From assembly GCA_965116325.1 (NCBI GenBank), contig OZ220675.1, positions 246,929-310,928 of the forward strand: a stretch of DNA of 64,000 bases, given 5' to 3'. The number at the start of each line of letters is the position of its first letter. The first letter of the stretch is position 1. Below are positions 38,083-46,181 of this stretch, one piece after another. The translations under genes and the position numbers were made by a program. This DNA is from Dehalococcoidia bacterium. Lineage in GTDB: Bacteria; Chloroflexota; Dehalococcoidia; Lucifugimonadales; JAGWBF01. Below the pieces are notes generated by a model. It searched no databases and had not been told where the DNA came from. It saw only the letters and a list, made by a program, of their open reading frames with translations.

Positions 38083-38130
38083 GAATGAGGTGGGAATGCG
38101 GGCTGAGCGCCTATTAAGTCAAGAAGCGAT

Positions 38131-38355
38131 CTAGCCGCTTCGCTTGACCTCCAGGGTCTCTCCGGGGGCCAGCGCTACTCGTCGCACATTTATGCCAAGC
38201 TTCAGGAGCCAATAACCCAAAGTAGCCTTGCTGACACCAAGCTCCTGGGCGGTTACCGATAACCCATATTCGTTTACCATTTCCGGAAGAAGCCTTTCCA
38301 GAGGCCTCTGATGGTTATCTTCGACCCTTTGCATCAGCTTGGTTTTTCGGGTCAT
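38131..38355 (-). CDS. small helix-turn-helix protein (74 aa)
   Basis: GLSVTAQELGVSKATLGYWLLKLG HTH pattern; GGAGG RBS. Confidence 0.85.
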   Translation of the reverse strand: MTRKTKLMQRVEDNHQRPLERLLPEMVNEYGLSVTAQELGVSKATLGYWLLKLGINVRRVALAPGETLEVKRSG

Positions 38356-38393
38356 TTCTGCCTCCTGTGGTAGGGCGGTGTTCCGACCTCAAA

Positions 38394-38423
38394 ATGGTAC
38401 CACACCCCGGTTTTAGTTGTCAA
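38394..38423 (-). promoter_or_regulatory. strong sigma70-type promoter of the small HTH gene
   Basis: TTGACA-N18-TACCAT with TG extension and an AT-rich upstream tract (38424-38480). Confidence 0.65.
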
Positions 38424-38486
38424 TAACTCTCTATGAAAAAGCTTAAATTATTCTTAGAAAAAGATAGAACGCTCATTTCGTAGCTA

Positions 38487-38951
38487 TTATATTACCTTAA
38501 TCAGGGAAATTCCAGCGATTGTTAAGGCAGTTACGATGATTCCGCCGATCAACACACCTGCCGCCATTGCAGGGAAGGCCTGGCGGAATGGTATCGCAAA
38601 GGTCCATGCGGCGATAGATGCTGTCCAGACACCGGTTATAGGTAGGGGTACGGCTACAAACAAGATGAGCATCGCTGCTCCGTGCTTGTGGAAACGCTCT
38701 GCATGGTGCCTGCGGAGGGCCTCGGAACGCCACCGCAAGAAAGATGTCCCAGGATTGGGGAACTTCTCCAGGCAATTTGCCAAGCGGGGGAGGGCCAAGA
38801 GCCAGAATATAGCCGGCACCAGGTTGCCCAACACAGCTACGGGCAGCACTACATACCATGAAAGCCCGTAGCCTTCGATCCCTAGAGGTATGGCCAACCT
38901 CAGCTCGCCTATTGGGGTCATGCTCCAAAGAAATGTAAATATGTAATCCAA
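38487..38951 (-). CDS. small multidrug export family (COG2426-like) membrane protein
   Basis: PIGELRLAIPLG and FVAVPLPITGVWT motifs. Confidence 0.85.
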   Translation of the reverse strand: MDYIFTFLWSMTPIGELRLAIPLGIEGYGLSWYVVLPVAVLGNLVPAIFWLLALPRLANCLEKFPNPGTSFLRWRSEALRRHHAERFHKHGAAMLILFVAVPLPITGVWTASIAAWTFAIPFRQAFPAMAAGVLIGGIIVTALTIAGISLIKVI

Positions 38952-39065
38952 ATTAGCTAGGCCGAGGCCCCGGGTTGGGTGCTAGAAGCATGGCGAGCAT
39001 GATAACATGGTGCGTCCCTTTGGTATGACTATATGGGCGCCCAGAATTAGGAGAAACAGACCCAC

Positions 39066-40109
39066 ATGGATAATCCCGCCGAGCAGCTCAAGACAGGAAA
39101 GGTGCCATACACATTGCTGGAGGACCTCCTACGCCGGATCCAGGTCAGAGATGACAGCGTGCTTCTGGGGCCGATGATCGGTGAAGACTCAGCGGCAATC
39201 GATCTAGGAGACACGGTACTGGTTGCCAAGACGGACCCCGTCACCTTTGCGTCGGACCTGGTTGGTTGGTATGCGGTTCATATCAACGCCAACGACGTCG
39301 CTTGCACCGGCGCGGTCCCGCGCTGGTTCATGGCGACCCTACTTGTCCCGGAAGGGTCTACAGAGGCCACAGTAGGCGATATCTTTGACCAGCTGACCGA
39401 AGCCTGCGAGTCCATGGACATCCAGCTTGTTGGTGGCCACACCGAAGTCACCACTGCAGTGAATCAACCGGTGGTGGTCGGGGCTATGCTGGGGGATGCC
39501 AATAGGAGAGACGTCATAAGGACATCGGGCGCTTTAGACGGGGACAGCATCGTTGTGACCAAGGGGATAGCTATAGAGGGGACCGCAATCCTTGCCAGAG
39601 ATGGAGGCGAGAGGCTGCTGAAGGCAGGTGTGGGACCTGAAACCGTAGACCGGGCGAAGGAGTTTCTGTTTCACCCTGGAATCAGCGTTGTAGGGGATGC
39701 CCGGACCGCTCTGGCCTCCGTCAGGGTGCATTGTCTCCATGACCCCACCGAGGGAGGCATCCTGACTGGGCTATGGGAGATAGCTAAGGCCTCAAACCTA
39801 GGACTATGCGTGGAAGAGGGGAGCATTCCCGTGCTCTCGGAGACGGTGGAGATGTGCGAAGCCCTGGGCCTGGACCCGCTAGGGCTCCTGGCTTCCGGTG
39901 CATTGCTGATAACCCTGCCTGCCGAAGATGTGCCGCCCTTGTTCAAGGCCTTGGAAGAGAAAGGAATCGAGGCATTCGAAATAGGCCGAATGATGGAGCT
40001 GGAAGAGGGTGTCAGCATTATCCGTGCCCATGAGCTCGAGCCTTTGCCAACCTTCGAACGGGATGAGTTAGCCCGATTCTTTTCTGACCAACTTAACTAT
40101 AACGGATAA
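39066..40109 (+). CDS. AIR synthase (PurM/HypE-like) family protein
   Basis: GEDSA, TDP, NANDVA, VGGHTE and HDPTEGG motifs. Confidence 0.88.
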   Translation: MDNPAEQLKTGKVPYTLLEDLLRRIQVRDDSVLLGPMIGEDSAAIDLGDTVLVAKTDPVTFASDLVGWYAVHINANDVACTGAVPRWFMATLLVPEGSTEATVGDIFDQLTEACESMDIQLVGGHTEVTTAVNQPVVVGAMLGDANRRDVIRTSGALDGDSIVVTKGIAIEGTAILARDGGERLLKAGVGPETVDRAKEFLFHPGISVVGDARTALASVRVHCLHDPTEGGILTGLWEIAKASNLGLCVEEGSIPVLSETVEMCEALGLDPLGLLASGALLITLPAEDVPPLFKALEEKGIEAFEIGRMMELEEGVSIIRAHELEPLPTFERDELARFFSDQLNYNG

Positions 40110-40120
40110 AAAGGTAAATG

Positions 40121-40492
40121 TTATGTCGGGTCATATCGCTCAAGGATTTGCCGTAGCTGTGGGATAGTTATGTTACCCCCGGAAACGATTAGAGCTACGT
40201 TTTTACCTTTTATGTCTAGTCGATTCTTCAAGGCTCCCGCAAGGGAAGCAGCCCCCGCCGCCTCTGCCAGCGTATGGGCGCTGTCGATGAGAATTCCGAT
40301 GGCTTCCAGCATGTCTTCATCGTCGACGAGGACGAAATCGTCGAGCAGGTCCCACAGGATTTCCTGGGTGAGCTGGTAGCCTGTCGAGGTTGCCAGGCCT
40401 TCAGCCTCCGTCTCCATGGGAGATTCGGTCAGCCGGCGGTTCTTCCAGGACAAATAACCGCCCTGCGCTTGGGCCGACTGCACGGCAACCAC
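40121..40492 (-). pseudogene. 3' part of a threonine/serine dehydratase gene interrupted by an IS
   Basis: VVAVQSAQA...EAAGAASLAG...SGGN; in frame with the 5' part across the target duplication. Confidence 0.92.
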
Positions 40493-40517
40493 TTTGATAT
40501 GGGAGTTATATACTTGA

Positions 40518-40667
40518 CTAGCCATCCCCTCGTTTTCGGTCCTTCTCGACTTCCCTTAGTGGCCGTTGCTTCAGCAGCTCTTTAGCCAGGGCTTCGGGCT
40601 TCACGTTGAGCTGAGGCAATGGCGTTGTCGGCCTCCCCACCTGTTTCTTCACGCGCTTCTTTGCCAT
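40518..40667 (-). CDS. 49-aa basic small protein inside the IS (not in the ORF track)
   Basis: GGAGGG-N7-ATG; MAKKRVKKQVGRPTTPLPQLNVKPEALAKELLKQRPLREVEKDRKRGDG; the stop codon lies inside the TIR. Confidence 0.65.
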   Translation of the reverse strand: MAKKRVKKQVGRPTTPLPQLNVKPEALAKELLKQRPLREVEKDRKRGDG

Positions 40668-40680
40668 GACGGGAACCCTC

Positions 40681-41187
40681 CTATCCGATGGCTGCTACCA
40701 AGTCAGCGATGCTCTCAGGGAATAATTCTATCGGGAGCAGGTCAGCCCGTTTCTTGCTAAGCTTGAAGGTGGCAGACGATCCTGCATCCATCGTCACGAG
40801 ATGTCCGGCCCTACCCTCGGCAACATCGCCTTTACGCCAAGCATCGAACAAGACAGCATCAGGGGCTATGCCGACACACAACAGGGCTTGGTAGTCCCGA
40901 TGGTGGCGGATGTGATTGAACTGGAAGGCTCCGTTCACATCCTCAGTGGCAGTCTTTATCTCGAAGGCGAGCCCTGCAATCCTCGCATCCCAAGGACCCA
41001 AAGCCTCCGGTGGTGGTTCCCAAGCGATGCCCAGGAACCCGCACCATTCCCGCACAAATGCTTGCCCGGCGCTCCCGACATGAGTGTTGCTGAGCACCTT
41101 TATCCCGCCCAGCGGCGCATCGACCCATTTAGGATTGTTGCCCAGTTGGGCTATGACTTCTTGCATGACCCGAATCGAGTCATGCAT
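40681..41187 (-). CDS. putative PD-(D/E)XK restriction endonuclease
   Basis: PWDARIAGLAFEIKTA and FQFNHIR; the ATG overlaps the MTase stop (ATGCATGA). Confidence 0.7.
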   Translation of the reverse strand: MHDSIRVMQEVIAQLGNNPKWVDAPLGGIKVLSNTHVGSAGQAFVREWCGFLGIAWEPPPEALGPWDARIAGLAFEIKTATEDVNGAFQFNHIRHHRDYQALLCVGIAPDAVLFDAWRKGDVAEGRAGHLVTMDAGSSATFKLSKKRADLLPIELFPESIADLVAAIG

Positions 41188-42148
41188 CAACAAAGCCCCC
41201 GTCCATGATGGCCTGCCGAATGTGGTACATCGAGATATGACGACAATTGTGCAGAGCAAGGTTGGAATAGCTGTCCCAGTCCGTCTCTCGCAGGAGCTGG
41301 GTTAGGGCCTCCGGTTCTTGCTTGAGCACGATGCCATATCCGCATCCATAACGCACATCGTCGAAGCTGCGGACCAAGGTTGGCGGATTCTCAAAGTACG
41401 TGCGCTGAAGGAACCAATGCGCATCCAGGAGCCGACCATGGCCGCAGAGCCGTTCCTTGCGAGTATCGACCGTAAACAGGTCAATCCAGGTGTCGCAGGT
41501 CTGCTTGGGCGGGTAGTTGTTGATGCCCCGGCGCCAGACCTGCCACAACGCATTAAGGGCCACGGTGCGCCCTGCTTCATCGTGGAATGGCTTGGCTGGC
41601 AAAGGCTCGGACAGCATAAGCTCCGCTCCAACAACCCGGTGCTTCGGGCTGCCCTTGCCGTCGCTTTGAAACCCCATAGGCACAATGCAGCCGATGTAGT
41701 CCGCAAAGGTAGCTGCATGATTGATGAAGGCCAAGGACAACCATGCCCGATACCCGAATGGTGGATTGCCGAATACGACATATCGGTTCTTGGGAGATGG
41801 CTGCCATGTCAGGAAATCGTGCCCTACAACATCCAGGCGCTCAGGAAGGATGTCGATACCAACCCGCCTACCTTCCGGCATCAGGTCATAGAACACCCCT
41901 CGGCCTGCTCCTGGGTCAACGTAGGTGTACTGCTCCGGATCGGCGTGATCGCCCCGCATGGCCTCATATAAGCTGCTCTGACACGCCTGGGCGATCTCAG
42001 GGTGAGTGTAGAAGCGGTCTAGCCCAACCGTCTCTTTGTCCACCCACGACGGAATAAGTGCTAACCCCTCCCACGCCTGATTACGTTCCTCTATTGCTGT
42101 TTGCCACACCTCCGGTCCCGTTGCCAGCGCCAACGTCATCCCCCGCAC
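41180..42148 (-). CDS. N6-adenine DNA methyltransferase, gamma-class motif order (start may be ATG 42139)
   Basis: DRFYT (motif X), VDPGAGRG (motif I), GIDI, DFL and GNPPFG (motif IV), followed by a C-terminal TRD-sized region. Confidence 0.88.
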   Translation of the reverse strand: MRGMTLALATGPEVWQTAIEERNQAWEGLALIPSWVDKETVGLDRFYTHPEIAQACQSSLYEAMRGDHADPEQYTYVDPGAGRGVFYDLMPEGRRVGIDILPERLDVVGHDFLTWQPSPKNRYVVFGNPPFGYRAWLSLAFINHAATFADYIGCIVPMGFQSDGKGSPKHRVVGAELMLSEPLPAKPFHDEAGRTVALNALWQVWRRGINNYPPKQTCDTWIDLFTVDTRKERLCGHGRLLDAHWFLQRTYFENPPTLVRSFDDVRYGCGYGIVLKQEPEALTQLLRETDWDSYSNLALHNCRHISMYHIRQAIMDGGFVDA

Positions 42149-42157
42149 ACTCCTTTC

Positions 42158-43096
42158 TCACCCCACCAAGTCGGTATACCGAAGTCGCTTGCCGACCATC
42201 CCGCCAGCGATACGGCGCATCTGGGAGATGGTGTCCAGGGGACGGGCGTTATGACGCCCTGCGAACTCGGTAACGTACCGGTCTAGGTGTTTCGGGCTTA
42301 CATGGTGAAAACTTCCCATGATGCCCCGATCCAGCAATGCCCAAAAGCTCTCTATGCCGTTCACGTGGGCCTGCTCTCTCACGTACTCACCCGCCGAGTG
42401 CTGCACGGTGATGTGCTGGCGGGCTATCCCCGTGTAGGCTGTTGCCTCATCGGTGTTGATGATGGCCGTCGGTAGAGTAACGCTTTCAACCCGCCCCTGC
42501 AATGTCTGCCCATCAGGGTTGTCCACAACCCCCGCGACCACTTTGTTGGTGGAGCGGTCAAGGACGCCGTGCACGATGGTCTTGCCAACCGAGCCCCGCC
42601 CCTGGCGATTCTTCTTCCGCCCGTGCTTGTTCTTCTCAATCCCGCCGATGGCTGTCTCATCGGACTCAACCGGCCCCTCGAACTTGGCCAGGACTTCGGG
42701 GAACGCCTTGCGGATGCGGTGAGACAGATGCCATGCCGTCTTGTAGGTGATGTCCAGGTCCCGGTGCAACTTCATGCTGCTGGTGCCCTTCAAGCCCGTG
42801 GTGAGCAGGTAGATGGAGATGGCCCAAACACGGCATCCAAGTGGGCTACCCTGCATCACGGTTCCGTGCTTCACCGAGAAGTGCTTACGGCAGTCCTTAC
42901 ACCGCAGAGGCATGGGCTTACGGCTGGGAACTTCGGCAATGCGGAGGGACCCACAGAACGGACAGGCTGGGTTGCCCTTGGGCCAGCGCACCGAGGCAAA
43001 CCAGGTCTCGGCGGCTGCATCATCGGGGAACATCTCCATCAGCTTGATTAGGCTGATGCCCTTGCGGTAGTGCTTTCCAGGAGCGTTGCTAGCCAT
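42158..43096 (-). CDS. IS1595-family DDE transposase
   Basis: Zn ribbon CPFC..CKDC, HTH region, and DET / TDE / NGIESFW catalytic motifs. Confidence 0.96.
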   Translation of the reverse strand: MASNAPGKHYRKGISLIKLMEMFPDDAAAETWFASVRWPKGNPACPFCGSLRIAEVPSRKPMPLRCKDCRKHFSVKHGTVMQGSPLGCRVWAISIYLLTTGLKGTSSMKLHRDLDITYKTAWHLSHRIRKAFPEVLAKFEGPVESDETAIGGIEKNKHGRKKNRQGRGSVGKTIVHGVLDRSTNKVVAGVVDNPDGQTLQGRVESVTLPTAIINTDEATAYTGIARQHITVQHSAGEYVREQAHVNGIESFWALLDRGIMGSFHHVSPKHLDRYVTEFAGRHNARPLDTISQMRRIAGGMVGKRLRYTDLVG

Positions 43097-43123
43097 TACT
43101 CACCTACGATTCAACGTAGTATT

Positions 43124-43152
43124 ATTGTACACGGACTAGCCATAGAAATCAA
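43124..43152 (-). promoter_or_regulatory. transposase (and likely cargo operon) promoter
   Basis: TTGATT-N17-TACAAT; AGGTGAG RBS before the ATG at 43096. Confidence 0.7.
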
Positions 43153-43193
43153 GGATATCCTGTCAGTTTTGGCTAGTTTGGTGTATAATTCCC

Positions 43194-43790
43194 TTTGATA
43201 TCCGGGTTGATTGCCTTGGCGACGATGCAGGCCCCTGCGGCCCCGCTTCCCCCACCCAGAGGCACGTAGATGTGGTCAACCTCGGGGAAGTCCTCGATGA
43301 TCTCCAGGGTTTCGGTCCCGACTCCTGCGATCAGGAGAGGTTCGTTTACGGCGTGGACGTACCGGTAGCCCCTTTCGGCGGCCAAACGGGCGCACTCCTC
43401 CCGGCACTCGTCGAAGTTTTTGCCGTAGAAGACAATCTCCGCCCCTTGGTTCCGCATGGAGCGCACCTTCAGGGGGTTGGCTCCCTCGGGAAGGCAGATC
43501 ACCGCTTTTGAGCCGAACAGCCGACAGGCATAGGCGATGGACTGGCCGTGGTTGCCCGAGGAAGCGGTGATCACCCCTCTTGCCCTCTCCTCTTCGCTCA
43601 TATGGGCCAGCAGGTTCACGCCGCCCCGCACCTTGAAGGACCCCAGGGCTTGGTGGTTCTCATGCTTCAGGCGGACACTTGCTCCCAGGAGCTGGTCCAA
43701 GGCGGGATAGGAGTGGAGAGGAGTCCCGGGAACATAGGGGGATATGGTGTTCCTGGCTTCCAATACATCCTGGAGAGTAGGTCTGTTCAA
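43194..43790 (-). pseudogene. 5' part of the PLP-dependent threonine/serine dehydratase interrupted by the IS
   Basis: GSFKVRG (PLP Lys), SSGNHGQ and PLGGG motifs; 199 codons here plus 123 in the 3' part reconstitute a 322-aa ORF. Confidence 0.93.
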
Positions 43791-43912
43791 GGCGCTCCTT
43801 ACTTCGGTACATCCTCGGTTAAACCCGGTGGTTTCCAGGCTGACTGTGCTGTACAGCTTATGTTACGTCAATTGCTGATTCAACGGATGTCCACAGGATG
43901 TGCAAGACAAGC

Positions 43913-43945
43913 AAAGAGCCCGGCTACTTGATAGCCGGGCTCTTT
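43913..43945. terminator. intrinsic terminator after the oxidoreductase operon
   Basis: AAAGAGCCCGGCTA-CTTGA-TAGCCGGGCTCTTT, a perfect 14-bp stem. Confidence 0.8.
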
Positions 43946-43973
43946 AGCATTACCTGTTGCAGGCTGGGGCTGC

Positions 43974-44963
43974 TTAGTCTTCCTTGACGTTGATGGGAAT
44001 GACCCCAGGGCCCCACCAGCGCTCCCACATGTCGTCCACCTTGCCCTGGACGAACTTCGTGTCTTCCTCGGTGAAGTGGGCAAAGCGCCCCTGGCGGGAC
44101 AGGTATTCCTCGACGGGCCTGCGCTTCTTCATGCCCTTGGCGATGGCCTTGGAGGGACCGTTGAGGAACAGCTCGCCGTCCACGATCTCGTAGAGGACCC
44201 AGAGACCCGTCTCCACAGCCAGCATACCCAGCTCATGGGAGAACTTGGGATCGTAGTCCCAGCCCTTGGGGCAGGGGTCGATGCTGTGGATAAAGGTCGG
44301 GCCGCCGATGGTCAAGGCCCGGCGCAGCTTGTTGGTCATGTCCAGCCCGTAGGAGCCGCAGGAGGTGGCCAAGTACCGGCAATCCGGGTGGCCTGCCGCC
44401 AGCATGCCCACCATGTTCTTCTTCCAGCGGGTATTCATGATGCGATGCACCTTGCCCGGAGGGCTGAAGGTGGAGTTGGCGCCCCAGGGGGATGAGCCCG
44501 ACACCTGGATGTCCGTGTTGGCGTAGGACTCGTTGTCATACAGAAGCACCAGGTGGTTGTACTCTGGGTGGGTCAGTGAAGCGGATATACCGGAGAGGCC
44601 CATGTCGATCCCGCCGCCGTCTCCGCAGAAAGAGATGACGTTGATGGGTTCGTCTTGAATCTTGCCCTTTCGCATCAAGGCCTTCAGGCCAGCCGCCGTA
44701 CCGGTCGCTGCCGCACCAGAGGAACCAAGCTGGGTATGCATCCATGGCACCACCCAGGGACTGGTGTAGTAGGTCGTGTTGGCTACGTACATGCAGCCGG
44801 TGCTTCCCGTGACGATGGTGCGGTCCCCGGCGGCCTTCACCATCAGACGCATGGTCAAAGCCGATTCGCATCCCTGGCATGTCCTGTGTCCCGACGTGAA
44901 CATCTCCTCGATGGGGATGTTCTTCACACCTCGTACCTGAGGGAGATCTACCATCTGGGTCAT
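43974..44963 (-). CDS. 2-oxoacid:ferredoxin oxidoreductase beta subunit, oxalate oxidoreductase-like
   Basis: GHRTCQGC, TGCMYVANT, GDGG, DNESYANT and PCPKGW motifs. Confidence 0.92.
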   Translation of the reverse strand: MTQMVDLPQVRGVKNIPIEEMFTSGHRTCQGCESALTMRLMVKAAGDRTIVTGSTGCMYVANTTYYTSPWVVPWMHTQLGSSGAAATGTAAGLKALMRKGKIQDEPINVISFCGDGGGIDMGLSGISASLTHPEYNHLVLLYDNESYANTDIQVSGSSPWGANSTFSPPGKVHRIMNTRWKKNMVGMLAAGHPDCRYLATSCGSYGLDMTNKLRRALTIGGPTFIHSIDPCPKGWDYDPKFSHELGMLAVETGLWVLYEIVDGELFLNGPSKAIAKGMKKRRPVEEYLSRQGRFAHFTEEDTKFVQGKVDDMWERWWGPGVIPINVKED

Positions 44964-44966
44964 AAC

Positions 44967-46181
44967 CTACCTCCTTACACCTATCCACTGTTTGTCGCGG
45001 TCTATTTTACCAGTTGCCAGGGCTTCGTACATCACGTCTTTCATTTCAACGACGTTCTGGCCCCGGACTTCCCGGCCTCCCAAGCCGGCGATGAAGCTGA
45101 GGACCAATGGCCTCTTTTCCGAGTCATACAGGGCTGCCCTGATGTCATTGTACAGCACCCCGCCAAAGTCGGGTGAGCCGAAGGAGTAGTCTCTATCGAC
45201 CACTCCGATTGCCTTGAACCGGGAGAGGCATTCCTTGATCTCCTCGGTCGCGAAGGGGCGGAACCACTTTATGCGCACGAATCCTACTTTTATGCCCTGC
45301 TCCCGCATCTGCCGTACAGCCACGCGCACTGGGAGGGCCAGGGTGCCCATTCCCACGAAGACGACCTCTGCATCATCGGTCATATATTCTTCGAAGAAGG
45401 GACTGGGGGTCCCACGCCCGAAAATGTCCCTGAACTCTTCGTGAACCTCTTCGACCACCCCCTTTGCCCTGCGCATCCCGTCGTCCGTCTGCCTCCGTAT
45501 CTCCATCAGCCAGTCCTCGTTGACCTGGGGCGCCACAGTGATGGGGTTGTCAGGGTGGAGTATCTTGTCTCCCCTGTCGTAGCGAGGAAGGAACTTGTCG
45601 ACCAGGGACTTATCGGGCACGTTGGTCAGCACCTGGGAGTGGGTCAGGAAGGAACCGTCGGCGCTGATAGCGCACGGCAGGAACACCCTGGAATCCTCGG
45701 CGATACGCCATGCCATCAAGGCGGTATCAAATGCTTCCTGGGCGGTTGACACCCAGTTGAGCATCCATCCCAAGTCCCGGACAGCCAGGGCGTCGTTGTG
45801 CTCGGTGCCGAAGGCTCCCGGGTCGTCCAGGGCCCGGTTGCCGACCATTGCCACAACGGGAAGCCTCAGCCCGGCGGTCACCGCCAGGGCTTCGAAGGCG
45901 TAGAACCAGCCCACACCGCTGGAGCCGCAGAAGACCCGGGCGCCCACAGCCGAGGCGTGCTTGACGATCTCGAACTGAGAGTGTTCGCTTTCTGCAACTA
46001 TGAACTCGCAGTCCATGTCACCGTCTGCCACAAGCCTGGAGACGTACTGCATCACGGTGTCGTAGGGACGGATGGGGTACGCCGTGATCACATCGACATC
46101 AGCCATTGAGCAGGCGATGGCGATGGCTTCGCTGCCGCTGATGAGCAGCTCTTGTTCCGACTTTTGGGCTGTCGTTGCCAT
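44967..46181 (-). CDS. 2-oxoacid:ferredoxin oxidoreductase alpha subunit, oxalate oxidoreductase-like
   Basis: YPIRPY, ESEH, GSSGVG, NRALDDPG and GLGGRE motifs. Confidence 0.92.
   Translation of the reverse strand: MATTAQKSEQELLISGSEAIAIACSMADVDVITAYPIRPYDTVMQYVSRLVADGDMDCEFIVAESEHSQFEIVKHASAVGARVFCGSSGVGWFYAFEALAVTAGLRLPVVAMVGNRALDDPGAFGTEHNDALAVRDLGWMLNWVSTAQEAFDTALMAWRIAEDSRVFLPCAISADGSFLTHSQVLTNVPDKSLVDKFLPRYDRGDKILHPDNPITVAPQVNEDWLMEIRRQTDDGMRRAKGVVEEVHEEFRDIFGRGTPSPFFEEYMTDDAEVVFVGMGTLALPVRVAVRQMREQGIKVGFVRIKWFRPFATEEIKECLSRFKAIGVVDRDYSFGSPDFGGVLYNDIRAALYDSEKRPLVLSFIAGLGGREVRGQNVVEMKDVMYEALATGKIDRDKQWIGVRR

Larger units (their letters stand above)
40501..43193 (-). mobile_element. IS1595-family transposon with passenger genes (2,693 bp; ISNwi1-like ends)
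   Basis: TIRs GGGAGTTATATACTTGACTAGCC (40501-40523) and GGGAATTATACACCAAACTAGCC (revcomp of 43171-43193) match at 18/23. The 8-bp target duplication TTTGATAT is at 40493-40500 and 43194-43201. Confidence 0.95.

Noticed and set aside
37892-38130. oriC upstream of dnaN
   Set aside because: No consensus DnaA boxes (TTATCCACA), no DUE-like repeats and no dnaA.
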